A stretch of DNA of 63,751 bases, filler included. It is 4 parts of 4 records of this genome, joined end to end, with 100 filler letters (N's around TTAATTAATTAA, not from the genome) between each part and the next. Parts side by side here need not be neighbours in the genome. Positions count along the whole stretch, not along the records: positions 1 to 27,626 come from SRR22947727_5828; 3 more parts are not named here. The stretch is one strand, 5' to 3'. Each line of letters opens with the position of its first letter. Position 1 is the stretch's first letter. The translations under genes and the position numbers were made by a program. Below the pieces are notes generated by a model. It had not been told where the DNA came from. It saw only the letters and a program-made list of their open reading frames with translations, and did not search any database. Positions 1 to 9,201 of this stretch are shown here, one piece after another.

Positions 1-130
1 CTCCTCCCAAACAGAGAGCCTAGCCACTAATGTCTCAAGTCTGACATGACGAGACGATGCAACACAACTTCCGCTGCGTTAAAGCGACAGTAATAGCTTA
101 ATTATTAAGCAACACAAGAACTTTTAGATT

Positions 131-196
131 TGCATAGAATGCATATCGGCAATGCAATCTTGTGCATTGCTGACAGAGGCTGGTTTTCGCTATCAA
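131..196 (+). promoter_or_regulatory. Putative promoter and LysR-type operator region for the downstream sRNA
   Basis: TGCATAGAATGCA (131-143, T-N11-A) and inverted repeat CAATGCA-N6-TGCATTG (150-169). The latter overlaps a possible -35 TTGCTG (167-172), with a -10-like TATCAA at 191-196. Confidence 0.4.
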
Positions 197-201
197 CGAA
201 C

Positions 202-301
202 CGGCAAGTTTCTCCTCCCATTAAATTGCTATCGTTGAAAATTCTCCTCCCAGATGTTTTCAATTTTTTTGGCAGTGCTTTTTAGCACTGCCTTTTTTTT
301 T
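202..301 (+). ncRNA. Cuckoo/CcsR-like (anti-Shine-Dalgarno) small RNA with two CUCCUCCC hairpins
   Basis: CTCCTCCC at 212-219 and 244-251, each in a hairpin loop (GCAA..TTGC; TTGAAAA..TTTTCAA), followed by an intrinsic terminator. 5' end approximate. Confidence 0.75.
271..301 (+). terminator. Rho-independent terminator
   Basis: GGCAGTGCT-TTTT-AGCACTGCC followed by a T9 tract. Confidence 0.9.
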
Positions 302-697
302 GAACGGAGGCAGCGCGCGCCGTCCGCGATCGTGACGCTACTTTTTCTGGGGTGCTTTTATGCCGGTTTTCAATATTTAGCTTGGGCGATGCAAAATTTG
401 CGCAAAAGCGCCAAATCAAAACCTGCCGCGTGATGTTCTTTTCGGCCAGAAAGCAATTACAGAAGCAAAATATGGGTTGCCTAAATATCCGCAAATTTTG
501 ACGCGTAGCGTTAAATTCGCCCTTTTCCTGTAGGAAGGCAGCATCGACCATCCTGCGGGCGGTTTTTTGCCGTTAAGAACGTGGTTTACCCGTTGCGATG
601 GCGTATGAAAGCGGCGGGGTTACGCGTCTCAGAAGCCTTGGTATGGGCGCTGCTCAAGCGGTTTTGAACGCGATATGCGCGTGCACTTCCCCTAATT

Positions 698-1153
698 TCA
701 GCCCGTATTTTTTGATTTTTGCGCAAGCTCTAATGCCTCGGTGGTGGCCTCAAGAGACAGTAAAATTGAAGCATGGCGGTTTTTAAACTGAGCTGCGGGG
801 TGCAAAACCTCAAGATCGTGAAACGGATCTGCAGGTATCGGGCCATCTGCGGTTAACATGGCCTGCAATTCTGCGCAGGCCACCCGAACTTGCATGGCGC
901 TGCAGCCGATGATGGCTTTGGCTGTGATGCACGCGGCGGCCTGTCCCAACGCGCAGGCCTTTACGTCTTGGGTAAAGGCAGCCACGCGCCCTTCGCAGAG
1001 TTGGAGTTCAACACTCACGCTGGATCCGCAGAGGGGAGAACGTTTTTTTGCGCGAGCTGTCACATGCTCAAGCTCTGCATAATGTGGTAAATCGGCCGCC
1101 AAGGCCAAAATCTTTTTAGAGTATAATTTTATCAGATCTGGGTCGCCCGGCAT
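698..1153 (-). CDS. IscU/NifU-N-like Fe-S scaffold family protein
   Basis: RSPLCGS and KACALGQAA motifs. Start moved to MPGDPDLIKLYS because the longer ORF overlaps hisI. Confidence 0.85.
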   Translation of the reverse strand: MPGDPDLIKLYSKKILALAADLPHYAELEHVTARAKKRSPLCGSSVSVELQLCEGRVAAFTQDVKACALGQAAACITAKAIIGCSAMQVRVACAELQAMLTADGPIPADPFHDLEVLHPAAQFKNRHASILLSLEATTEALELAQKSKNTG

Positions 1154-1220
1154 AGTCTTTCCCTTTTTCCCGCAACACAGTACATAAGGCGAAGCAGCGC
1201 AGAAGCAAAGGTTTGTAAGA

Positions 1221-1580
1221 ATGGAATTTAACGTTGAGGAACTTGCATTTAAAGAAGATGGCTTGATTCCAGCGATTGCGCAGGATGCCAATAGCAACGA
1301 AGTGCTGATGATGGCTTGGATGAATGCCGAGGCGGTAAAGCTCACGCTTCAAACAGGGCGGGTAACCTATTGGTCCCGCTCGCGTCGTGCGATGTGGGTG
1401 AAAGGCGAAACCTCGGGGCATATCCAGAAGCTGGTTGAGCTTCGCGTAGATTGTGACCGCGATTGCCTGCTGTTGTTGATTGATCAAACTGGGCCTGCGT
1501 GCCATACGAATCGCCGCAGTTGCTTTTACATCACCGTGCAGGATGGTGCAGAGCATGAACGCTTGCCGATTCTGCTTTAA
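1221..1580 (+). CDS. hisI: Phosphoribosyl-AMP cyclohydrolase
   Basis: YWSRSR, WVKGETSG, DCDRD and ACHTNRRSCF motifs. Confidence 0.97.
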   Translation: MEFNVEELAFKEDGLIPAIAQDANSNEVLMMAWMNAEAVKLTLQTGRVTYWSRSRRAMWVKGETSGHIQKLVELRVDCDRDCLLLLIDQTGPACHTNRRSCFYITVQDGAEHERLPILL

Positions 1581-2431
1581 GGCGCTGAAAATAAACGTTC
1601 TGTGATATCTTGGGCAGAGTGGCCGGCTTTTCGCAAACTGCTGAGCGCTTCAGAATCGCTGCGTTTTGCCAAGCGTTTGCCCGTTTCATCCCTTATCAAG
1701 GAATGGTGGTGATAACGAGGGGTCGGAATATTCAGCAATTGTTGTAACACGACATGAATTTGCGTCGCGGCGTTCAGATCTGCGCCGCGCACCACATCGG
1801 TGATGTTTTGCGCATCATCATCTATGACCACGGCAAGATGATAGGCTGCCCCCTGATCCTTTCTGCGCAGTACCACGTCTCCAACCTGCGCAATAAGCGC
1901 CTCTGCTTTGAGCGTGATCCGTTTCGAATGCTGCTCGCCAAATTCTTCATAGGTCACGGGTTTTTGTAGGGCTTTAACGGCTTTGCGCATATCCAAGCGC
2001 AGCGCGTCGCCGGGGCGGGCCTGCGACAGGCTGCGATGGCGGCAGGTGCCCGGGTAGATGCGGCCATCGGGCCCAAATTCGGGCACACCTTCTTGGGGGG
2101 CTGCTGCGGCTTGCGCAATATCGGCCCGGTTGCAACAACACGGATAGATCAATCCGGCGCGTGCCAGCGTATCAAGCGCTGTTTGATAAGTGTCGGTTTC
2201 CTGCGATTGAAACCTAACAGGCTCGGGCCAAGCCAGTCCAAGCCAGTGCAGATCATCGAAAATTTTCTGCGTCCATTCTGGTTTTGAACGGCTGTGGTCT
2301 AGATCGTCTATCCGAAGCAGCCAAAGCCCGTTTTTTACCTTGGCCAGTCTGTGGCCATATAAGGCAGAATACGCATGACCAAGATGCAGCGGGCCCGTGG
2401 GTGAGGGGGCAAATCTGGTTCGAAACGTCAC
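1577..2431 (-). CDS. gluQ: Glutamyl-Q tRNA(Asp) synthetase
   Basis: RFAPSPTGPLHLGH and KRLAKR motifs. GluRS catalytic domain only, no anticodon domain (284 aa). Confidence 0.93.
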   Translation of the reverse strand: MTFRTRFAPSPTGPLHLGHAYSALYGHRLAKVKNGLWLLRIDDLDHSRSKPEWTQKIFDDLHWLGLAWPEPVRFQSQETDTYQTALDTLARAGLIYPCCCNRADIAQAAAAPQEGVPEFGPDGRIYPGTCRHRSLSQARPGDALRLDMRKAVKALQKPVTYEEFGEQHSKRITLKAEALIAQVGDVVLRRKDQGAAYHLAVVIDDDAQNITDVVRGADLNAATQIHVVLQQLLNIPTPRYHHHSLIRDETGKRLAKRSDSEALSSLRKAGHSAQDITERLFSAP

Positions 2432-3039
2432 AATTTTTCAAGAATATAAATATTGGAATTGATTTTTTGTTTTGGCAGATGGTCGCCGTAAACCTTCAAA
2501 TGCAGCGCCGCTTGACCCTGTTTTACATAATTCTCAACCCGCCCGTCATAAGCAGGGTCTTCCAACGTGTGATCATTGAATGAAAACACCAATAGCCCTT
2601 TTGGAGCCAATAGAGCCATAATTTGATCCAATACGGCGAGCGGTGCGGCGCCGGCGCCAATCACACCAGCCGCGGCAATAATGTTATAAGCCCCCAGTTT
2701 CACGTCCGGGCCGGTTTCGGGCGCAAACACCTCCAAGCGCCGATAGATCTTTTTTTGTGCTGCAACCTCCAGCATTTCATCCGAAATATCCACCCCGTCG
2801 ATCGTAAGGAACCCCGCCTCTTGAAACGCCTGCCCAGAAATGCCCGTGCCGCATCCATAATCGAGGATGGGTATGCTCAGATCTTTTACATGCCGCGCCA
2901 GCGCCTCGGCAATTCTCAGCGGTGTGATATAGCCGTTTTCGTCGACTTCCTGATCATAGCTCTGTGCCCATTGGGCGTAAAAGGGCCGCAAATCGGTGCT
3001 GTCAGCGCTGTAAATTTTATCGAGATATGTTTTCGTCAT
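2428..3039 (-). CDS. Class I SAM-dependent methyltransferase
   Basis: ILDYGCGTG motif I, GVDISDEML, N-terminal YxxWAxxYD. Confidence 0.9.
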   Translation of the reverse strand: MTKTYLDKIYSADSTDLRPFYAQWAQSYDQEVDENGYITPLRIAEALARHVKDLSIPILDYGCGTGISGQAFQEAGFLTIDGVDISDEMLEVAAQKKIYRRLEVFAPETGPDVKLGAYNIIAAAGVIGAGAAPLAVLDQIMALLAPKGLLVFSFNDHTLEDPAYDGRVENYVKQGQAALHLKVYGDHLPKQKINSNIYILEKL

Positions 3040-3063
3040 GCCGTAAGTTAAGCAAATCAGATG

Positions 3064-4413
3064 CTATGCGTCCAGAGGGGCTTTGGCCAACCAATCCTGC
3101 CAAGCGCTTTTTGCCCGGTCTGTATAGGCTTTATAGCGCTCTTTGCGTCCTTTACGGCCGTTCTTTGTGCCCTCTATCGGTCTGAACAGGCCGAAATTCA
3201 CATTCATGGGCTGAAAGGTTTTTGCATCTGCGCCGCCGGTAATATGCAGCATTAACGCCCCTAAGGCGGTATCTTCCGGCACAGAGGGCAAAGGCTTTCC
3301 AAGGATCTCACTGGCCGCCATACGACCTGCCAATAACCCCATTGCCGCGCTTTCGACATAACCCTCTACGCCCGTTATTTGGCCGGCAAAGCGCAGATGT
3401 GGGGCCGCCTTTAAACGCATCTGATTATCCAAAAGAGTGGGGGAATTTAAAAACGTATTGCGGTGGATACCGCCTAAACGCGCAAATTCAGCTGTTTCTA
3501 ACCCGGGTATTTGCCGCAGAACCTCTTTTTGGGCGCCATATTTCATTTTTGTTTGAAACCCGACAATATTGTAAAGCGTACCGAGGGCATTGTCGCGGCG
3601 CAATTGCACCACTGCATAAGGCTTTTGGCTGCTATGTGGATTGGTCAGGCCAACGGGTTTCATCGGCCCGAAACGCAGCGTTTCGCGGCCCCGTTCGGCC
3701 ATCACTTCAATCGGCAAGCATCCATCAAAATACCCCGCTGTTTCACCTTCATGAAATTCGGTTTTTTCGGCCTCGAGCAGCGCATCGATAAAGCGTTCAT
3801 ATTGGCTTTCATCCATCGGACAGTTTAAATAAGCGGTGCGCTCGGCCTCGGTTTCGCCCTTATCATAGCGCGATTGCATCCAGGCTTTGGACATATCAAT
3901 ACTATCATAATACAGGATGGGGGCGATGGCATCGAAAAAGGCCAAAGCATCGCGGCCAGTTGTTTTTGCCAAAGAGGCGCCCAGTGCAGATGAGGTTAGC
4001 GGTCCGGTGGCCACGATCCAATGACCTGATTGAGGCAACGCGTCGATTTCATTATTTACAATCGTGATCTTGGGATGCGCTTTGAGTTTTCGCGTTATGT
4101 TTTTGGCAAAAACCTCACGGTCAACGGCCAAAGCACCACCCGCAGGCAAGCGATGCTCATAAGCGGTTTGAATAATCACGCCTTCGGCCTGTAACATCTC
4201 CCAGTGCAGCAGGCCGACGGCATTTTGTTCATGATCGTCAGAACGAAAAGAGTTAGAGCATACCATTTCACCCAAATCAGCTGTTTGATGCGCAAATGTC
4301 TTCACTTTAGGACGCATTTCGTGGATCACCACATTCACGCCCATTTGGGCGGCTTGCCAGGCAGCTTCTGATCCTGCCATGCCGCCGCCAATAATATTTA
4401 ATATCTCGCTCAT
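3064..4413 (-). CDS. trmFO: Folate/FAD-dependent tRNA U54 methyltransferase
   Basis: [22 protein letters not shown] and [12 protein letters not shown] motifs. Confidence 0.97.
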   Translation of the reverse strand: MSEILNIIGGGMAGSEAAWQAAQMGVNVVIHEMRPKVKTFAHQTADLGEMVCSNSFRSDDHEQNAVGLLHWEMLQAEGVIIQTAYEHRLPAGGALAVDREVFAKNITRKLKAHPKITIVNNEIDALPQSGHWIVATGPLTSSALGASLAKTTGRDALAFFDAIAPILYYDSIDMSKAWMQSRYDKGETEAERTAYLNCPMDESQYERFIDALLEAEKTEFHEGETAGYFDGCLPIEVMAERGRETLRFGPMKPVGLTNPHSSQKPYAVVQLRRDNALGTLYNIVGFQTKMKYGAQKEVLRQIPGLETAEFARLGGIHRNTFLNSPTLLDNQMRLKAAPHLRFAGQITGVEGYVESAAMGLLAGRMAASEILGKPLPSVPEDTALGALMLHITGGADAKTFQPMNVNFGLFRPIEGTKNGRKGRKERYKAYTDRAKSAWQDWLAKAPLDA

Positions 4414-4494
4414 GCGCTCTTCCTAACGAAATGCAACGGAATGACCAGCCCAAGACCCGCCTTTAATGAACACAGGCTTGGGGCTTTGGGCCGT

Positions 4495-5280
4495 TTACTG
4501 TGTCCAGTTAGGATCGCGTTTCTCAATGAAGGCGCTGATGCCCTCTTCGGTATCCCGATATAGCATATTTTCGACCATCACGTCGCCTGTGTAATCATAG
4601 GCCTCGGATAATGGCATTTGCAACTGATTGTAGAACGCTTCTTTGCCAATTTTTACCGCAACGCCGAGTTTGCTGGCCAATAATTCTGCCAAGGTCCGGG
4701 TCTCTGCGCTGAGCTGTTTTTCGCAGACAACCCGATTTATCAACCCGAGGTCTTGCGCGCGCCCAGCATCAATGAATTGCCCCGTGGTTAACATTTCAAA
4801 CGCTTGTTTTCGGGGGACATTACGGGAAAGCGCCACCATTGGGGTAGAGCAAAATAATCCGATATTAACACCGTTAACGCCAAATTTTGTGCCCTCGGCG
4901 GCAACCGCTAAATCGCAGCTTGCCACCAATTGGCAGCCTGCGGCAGTGGCAATGCCATGCACTTGTGCGATCACTGGTTGTGGTAATTTCTGGATTGTTT
5001 GCATCATTTTTGCGCAGCGATTGAACAGTGTTTTGAAATAGGCTTTGCCGCCATCTTCGGCTTGCCGGCCTGCGGTCATCTCTTTGAGATCATGGCCGGC
5101 ACAAAACGCTTTGCCGGCGCCCTCTAAAATAACCGCACGGATCGCTTGATCGCTTTTTAGGGCGTCAAATTCGGATTGTAACGCCTCCAGCATCCCCTCT
5201 GACAGCGCGTTTAATTTCTCTGGAGCATTCAATGTGAGATGGGCAATCGATCCCGTATCGTTACGTTCTAATAAAGCCAT
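4495..5280 (-). CDS. Enoyl-CoA hydratase (crotonase) family protein
   Basis: AFCAGHDLKEM and AAGCQLVASCDLA motifs. Start at MALLERN with a GAGGG RBS. Confidence 0.92.
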   Translation of the reverse strand: MALLERNDTGSIAHLTLNAPEKLNALSEGMLEALQSEFDALKSDQAIRAVILEGAGKAFCAGHDLKEMTAGRQAEDGGKAYFKTLFNRCAKMMQTIQKLPQPVIAQVHGIATAAGCQLVASCDLAVAAEGTKFGVNGVNIGLFCSTPMVALSRNVPRKQAFEMLTTGQFIDAGRAQDLGLINRVVCEKQLSAETRTLAELLASKLGVAVKIGKEAFYNQLQMPLSEAYDYTGDVMVENMLYRDTEEGISAFIEKRDPNWTQ

Positions 5281-5336
5281 CTTGCCCTCCCTCTGATTTT
5301 CCGCGACTCTACGCCAAAATAAAGAGAGAGAAAAGT

Positions 5337-5774
5337 ATGCCATTACCTTACACGGCAGAGACCTTAATGAGCTATCTTGAAAACGTGTTTCCCCAGATCC
5401 GCGGTGAGTTTGCCATTGAGGCGCTGCAGGAGGGGCACATAGAGGTGCGCTTGAAGGTGCAAGAGCGGCATTTGCGCCCTGGCGGCACGGTGTCAGGGCC
5501 GGCGATGTTCGCTTTGGCGGATGTTTCGGTTTATATGAGCGTTCTGGCCGCAATCGGGCCGAAAGAACTTGCCGTTACGACCAATGCATCTTTGGATTTT
5601 ATGCGCAAACCGGATGCAGGTCGTGATCTGATTGCGCATTGTAAGGTGTTGAAACTTGGCCGTTTATTGGCTGTTTGCGATGTTCTCATATATTCTGAGG
5701 GTAAAGCCGACCCCGTGGCGCGGGCTTCCATGACATATGCCTTACCGCCCGATAAAACGATTAAAACGCAGTAA
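5337..5774 (+). CDS. PaaI-family thioesterase
   Basis: HLRPGGTVSGPAMFALAD hot-dog fold motif. Confidence 0.9.
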   Translation: MPLPYTAETLMSYLENVFPQIRGEFAIEALQEGHIEVRLKVQERHLRPGGTVSGPAMFALADVSVYMSVLAAIGPKELAVTTNASLDFMRKPDAGRDLIAHCKVLKLGRLLAVCDVLIYSEGKADPVARASMTYALPPDKTIKTQ

Positions 5775-5792
5775 GATGTAATAGGAACGAAA

Positions 5793-5824
5793 AATGCGCT
5801 CAGCTCGCGAAGAGCTGGCGCATT
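5793..5824. terminator. Hairpin between convergent genes
   Basis: AATGCGC-T-CAGCTC-GCGAA-GAGCTG-GCGCATT imperfect stem-loop. Confidence 0.6.
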
Positions 5825-5843
5825 ATCTGTTTATGCCTGATAC

Positions 5844-6356
5844 TCAGACTTTGGCGGCGGTTTGCCGGGGCGCTGGAGCCGCTGCGGCAGGCTTCGCGGC
5901 GGCCGTTTTGGTTAATGGATCGTCTTGCCGCTGAACAGAACCTTCGAAATGCGCACCCGATTCAATCGCGATTGTTTTATGAATGATATCGCCTTCCACG
6001 CGCGCCGTCGCCGATAGGCGAACTTTCAGACCCCGCACCCGACCGACGATTCGGCCATTTACAACCACATCATCGGCAATCACCTCGCCCTTGATCGTGG
6101 CGCTTTCGCCCACCGTCAGCAGATGCGCGCGTATATCGCCCTCAACCGTGCCTTCCACTTGAATGTCGCCCGTGGTTTTCATGTTTCCGTTAACGTGCAG
6201 ATCAGATGACAGAACGGATGCAGGTGGTTTTGCCTTAGGTGCCGATGGCTTTGTTTCAATTTGATCAGCCGCATAAGCCGTGGGCGCAGGGGCGCTGGGC
6301 GTTGCTGCATCGCTGTCTTTTTGACCTGGTTCGTTTATTTTGCTTTTAGAAAACAT
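5844..6356 (-). CDS. Bactofilin (polymer-forming cytoskeletal protein, CcmA/BacA type)
   Basis: MFSK membrane-targeting N-terminus, beta-helix repeats (GDIQVEGTVEGDI) and IESGAHFEG. Confidence 0.93.
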   Translation of the reverse strand: MFSKSKINEPGQKDSDAATPSAPAPTAYAADQIETKPSAPKAKPPASVLSSDLHVNGNMKTTGDIQVEGTVEGDIRAHLLTVGESATIKGEVIADDVVVNGRIVGRVRGLKVRLSATARVEGDIIHKTIAIESGAHFEGSVQRQDDPLTKTAAAKPAAAAPAPRQTAAKV

Positions 6357-7695
6357 CTTTCGCTGCCTTAATATAATTCATCGGATTTAACGCTTTGCCT
6401 TTATAGCGCAATTCATAGTGCAGATGCGTCCCTGTGGAGCGCCCAGTATTTCCCATACCACCGATTGACTCTCCACGAGATACTCTTTGCCCCTTTTTTA
6501 CACGGATCTTTGAAAGATGACCATAGCGTGTTTCATAGCCAAAGTCATGCTTGATTTTTACAAGTTTTCCATAGCTGGAAAACGTGCCGGCGAACGTTAC
6601 AACGCCATCCGCCGTTGCCAGAATTGGGGTGCCCTTGGGCGCGGCAAGATCAATGCCGCGGTGCATGCGCCCCCAGCGGGGGCCGAATCCAGAGGTAAAG
6701 CGATGCGCTGCAGTGACTGGTGGCGCGAAAGGCAGTTTGTTTATTGCGATGCGGTAGTGATCCAGCTTAGCCACAGAGTTTAAAATGCCAAGCGCTCGGG
6801 CTTCTTCGGCAGAGAGGTCAGCGAAGTTCGTTTCAAGCCCGAAAGCTGGGCCACCGCGCCCCGAATATCCTTGGCGCACGGTGTTTAAAAGCGAGTCTGA
6901 GTTTAGGCCGCTGGCGCGTAAAACTTTATCCAATGGCTTTACGGATATTGTCAGGGCTTCTTCGATCTGGCGGAATAACTGTTCGTATTTCTGCTCAATG
7001 AGGCGAATTTCCAACTCAAGCGCATCTCGCGCGCTCAGCGCGGCGGCAAGATTTTGTTCGGTTTCCAGCTTGGCTTTGGCTGTTTGCGAAAGCGCTTGCG
7101 ACACTTTGTCGATCGGCGAGGCTTGTTCGGGGCGCGGGGGCACTGATAATGCGTTAGGGGCGATGGACCCTTCAGCGCTTGCATTCCGTTCACCTGCATG
7201 CTGCCGCTTTAATGCCTGTAATTCGTTGAGCGCCAAAGCCAGCTTATACTGTAGCTGCTCTTGCTGTTCGCTTGCGGTTATTTCCGCGTTTTGCATTTGG
7301 CGCATTTCAACAAGCGCTGCTGAAAGCTGTGACTTAACTGATAGGCTTTGTTGCGTAATTGCGTTCAATTGTTCTGCAAACACCTCAGTTTCTGACGTGT
7401 TGATTGCGTTGTTTATGGGGCTTGCCGGGATTGATGGCGCGCCAATTCCTTTCGAAAACAACATAAGGCCGCTAAAGCTGATCCAGAAAACCACACCAAT
7501 AGCGCAAATAAAAGCTAAAATCTGCGCCCTTGATGACAGGCTGAGCCTTGTGGTTTGCCCGGCAGTTTCCACGTAGATGGTTTTTTCGCTAAACCAAAAG
7601 AAAGATCTTTTTGAGGGGGGTCGCACAGTTTTCCTGCAAATTTGTAAGGCCAGATATATTGTATCGGTGATACTGATCGCACGCGATGAGGTCAA
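6346..7695 (-). CDS. M23 peptidase with TM helix and coiled coil (LmdC/Csd1-like)
   Basis: HRGID and STGTHLHYE zinc motifs. Overlaps the bactofilin start. Own start codon uncertain. Confidence 0.9.
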   Translation of the reverse strand: MTSSRAISITDTIYLALQICRKTVRPPSKRSFFWFSEKTIYVETAGQTTRLSLSSRAQILAFICAIGVVFWISFSGLMLFSKGIGAPSIPASPINNAINTSETEVFAEQLNAITQQSLSVKSQLSAALVEMRQMQNAEITASEQQEQLQYKLALALNELQALKRQHAGERNASAEGSIAPNALSVPPRPEQASPIDKVSQALSQTAKAKLETEQNLAAALSARDALELEIRLIEQKYEQLFRQIEEALTISVKPLDKVLRASGLNSDSLLNTVRQGYSGRGGPAFGLETNFADLSAEEARALGILNSVAKLDHYRIAINKLPFAPPVTAAHRFTSGFGPRWGRMHRGIDLAAPKGTPILATADGVVTFAGTFSSYGKLVKIKHDFGYETRYGHLSKIRVKKGQRVSRGESIGGMGNTGRSTGTHLHYELRYKGKALNPMNYIKAAKDVF

Positions 7696-7788
7696 TCAGC
7701 TTGCGGCGCCGCAATCGCATCTGATGCGCAGGTCATTTTTCTGGGGGCGCTGTTTTCTAAAGGCGCTGTGCCGCGTTCTGTCGCTTTT

Positions 7789-8643
7789 TCAACCAGGCGC
7801 GTTTTTACCACCAAGAAAGGCAGGGTATTCAATATTTTCGGTTAAAGGCCAGTAAAAATCTGGCGGGATGCCCGCATCTGCCCGCTTTTCGGCGTTAAAG
7901 GGTGGTTTCAGATTGCCTTTGAAATATTTTCGCACCAGCGCATGAAAGACTTGCTTTGGATCTTTATCATCGCGCCCACACAAGAAATTAAACCATTTTG
8001 ATCCATACGCTACATGTGTCACTTCTTCTGAATAGATCAGTTCCAGCGCGTCAACGGCTTGGGTTTCTTTTGCCTGTTTGAATAGTTTTATCATATTCGG
8101 CGTCACATCCAGGCCACGGGCCTCTAGCACCATGGGCACCACGGCCAACCGCCCTAAAAGGTCGGTTTTTGTATCTTCGGCTGCCCGCCACATTCCGGCA
8201 TGGGCCGAAAGCGCGCCATAAAAGCTGCCCAAATTTTCTAAGCAATCGCACATTAAATTGAAATGTTTGCTTTCTTCTGCAGCCGCCTGCACCCAATCAT
8301 CAAAAAAACCGGTTGGCAGGCGGGTCTCGCTGAACCGAACGATAATATCCCAATGCAGATCCACGGCATTCAGCTCGATATGGGCGACCGCATGCAACAG
8401 CGCGATCCGGCCCTCGGGTGATCCAGGCTTGCGCTTCGCCACGTCTTTTGGCGCGCATAAACGGGGGGCCTCTGGACGCGCTGGGTGATCTGGTGCCGGC
8501 GCCGTTCCAATTTCAAGCGTGTTGCCTGCAGCGCGCGCCTCTTGCCAGGCTTGGGCATATTGCAAAGACAGTGCGGTCTTTGCGCGCCCATCCGCAGTGT
8601 TCAGTACTTGTGCGCCCATTTCAGCAAGGCTTAATCCCATCAA
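7789..8643 (-). CDS. Ferritin-like DUF455 protein
   Basis: LLHAVAHIELNAVDL, EESKHF, LEARGLD and EEVTHV di-metal motifs. Confidence 0.88.
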   Translation of the reverse strand: MMGLSLAEMGAQVLNTADGRAKTALSLQYAQAWQEARAAGNTLEIGTAPAPDHPARPEAPRLCAPKDVAKRKPGSPEGRIALLHAVAHIELNAVDLHWDIIVRFSETRLPTGFFDDWVQAAAEESKHFNLMCDCLENLGSFYGALSAHAGMWRAAEDTKTDLLGRLAVVPMVLEARGLDVTPNMIKLFKQAKETQAVDALELIYSEEVTHVAYGSKWFNFLCGRDDKDPKQVFHALVRKYFKGNLKPPFNAEKRADAGIPPDFYWPLTENIEYPAFLGGKNAPG

Positions 8644-8658
8644 GCGACCTCGTTTTGG

Positions 8659-9120
8659 TTACAGGGTTTGCGCCGCGGCCAAGACAGCTTCGACATGCCC
8701 GGCCACTTTAACTTTGCGCCACTCCTGCACCACTTGACCAGAGCCATCAATCAAAAAAGTGGAGCGTTCAATGCCAAAATAGGTTTTACCGTACATGGAT
8801 TTTTCTTTCCAAACGCCAAATTGTTCGCAAATATCGCCCTCTTCATCTGACAGCAGGGGCATGCCGAGCGCCTGCTTTTCGACAAATTTATCATGGCTTT
8901 TCACGCTGTCTTTTGAAATGCCGACAATTTTAATGTTTAACTTTTCAAACGCTTCCTGATGGGCGGTAAACGCCTGAGCTTCTTTCGTGCAGCCACTTGT
9001 ATTATCGCGGGGGTAGAAAAACAGGATAACCGAAGATGGCTGCAGCTCTGAGAGCGCTAATTCGCCGCCACCATCCCGCGGCAGCTGTACAATTGGAGCG
9101 GGATAAGGCAATTTTGTCAT
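8659..9120 (-). CDS. bcp: Peroxiredoxin BCP/PrxQ
   Basis: FYPRDNTSGCTKEA and GIERSTFLID motifs. Start set at MTKLPYP. Confidence 0.93.
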   Translation of the reverse strand: MTKLPYPAPIVQLPRDGGGELALSELQPSSVILFFYPRDNTSGCTKEAQAFTAHQEAFEKLNIKIVGISKDSVKSHDKFVEKQALGMPLLSDEEGDICEQFGVWKEKSMYGKTYFGIERSTFLIDGSGQVVQEWRKVKVAGHVEAVLAAAQTL

Positions 9121-9201
9121 GATGCATTCCTTGGTGAAAATTTGGCGTTCGTAATCAGTTAGAACTAAATGACTGCGAAAAAAGAGTAGGGTAATAAAAG
9201 A

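Noticed and set aside
282-786. ORFs 282-551 (-) and 598-786 (+)
   Set aside because: No recognisable motif. They overlap the sRNA terminator or the IscU-like gene, so they are likely spurious.
6785-7576. 263-aa plus-strand ORF
   Set aside because: Antisense shadow of the coiled-coil region of the M23 gene.
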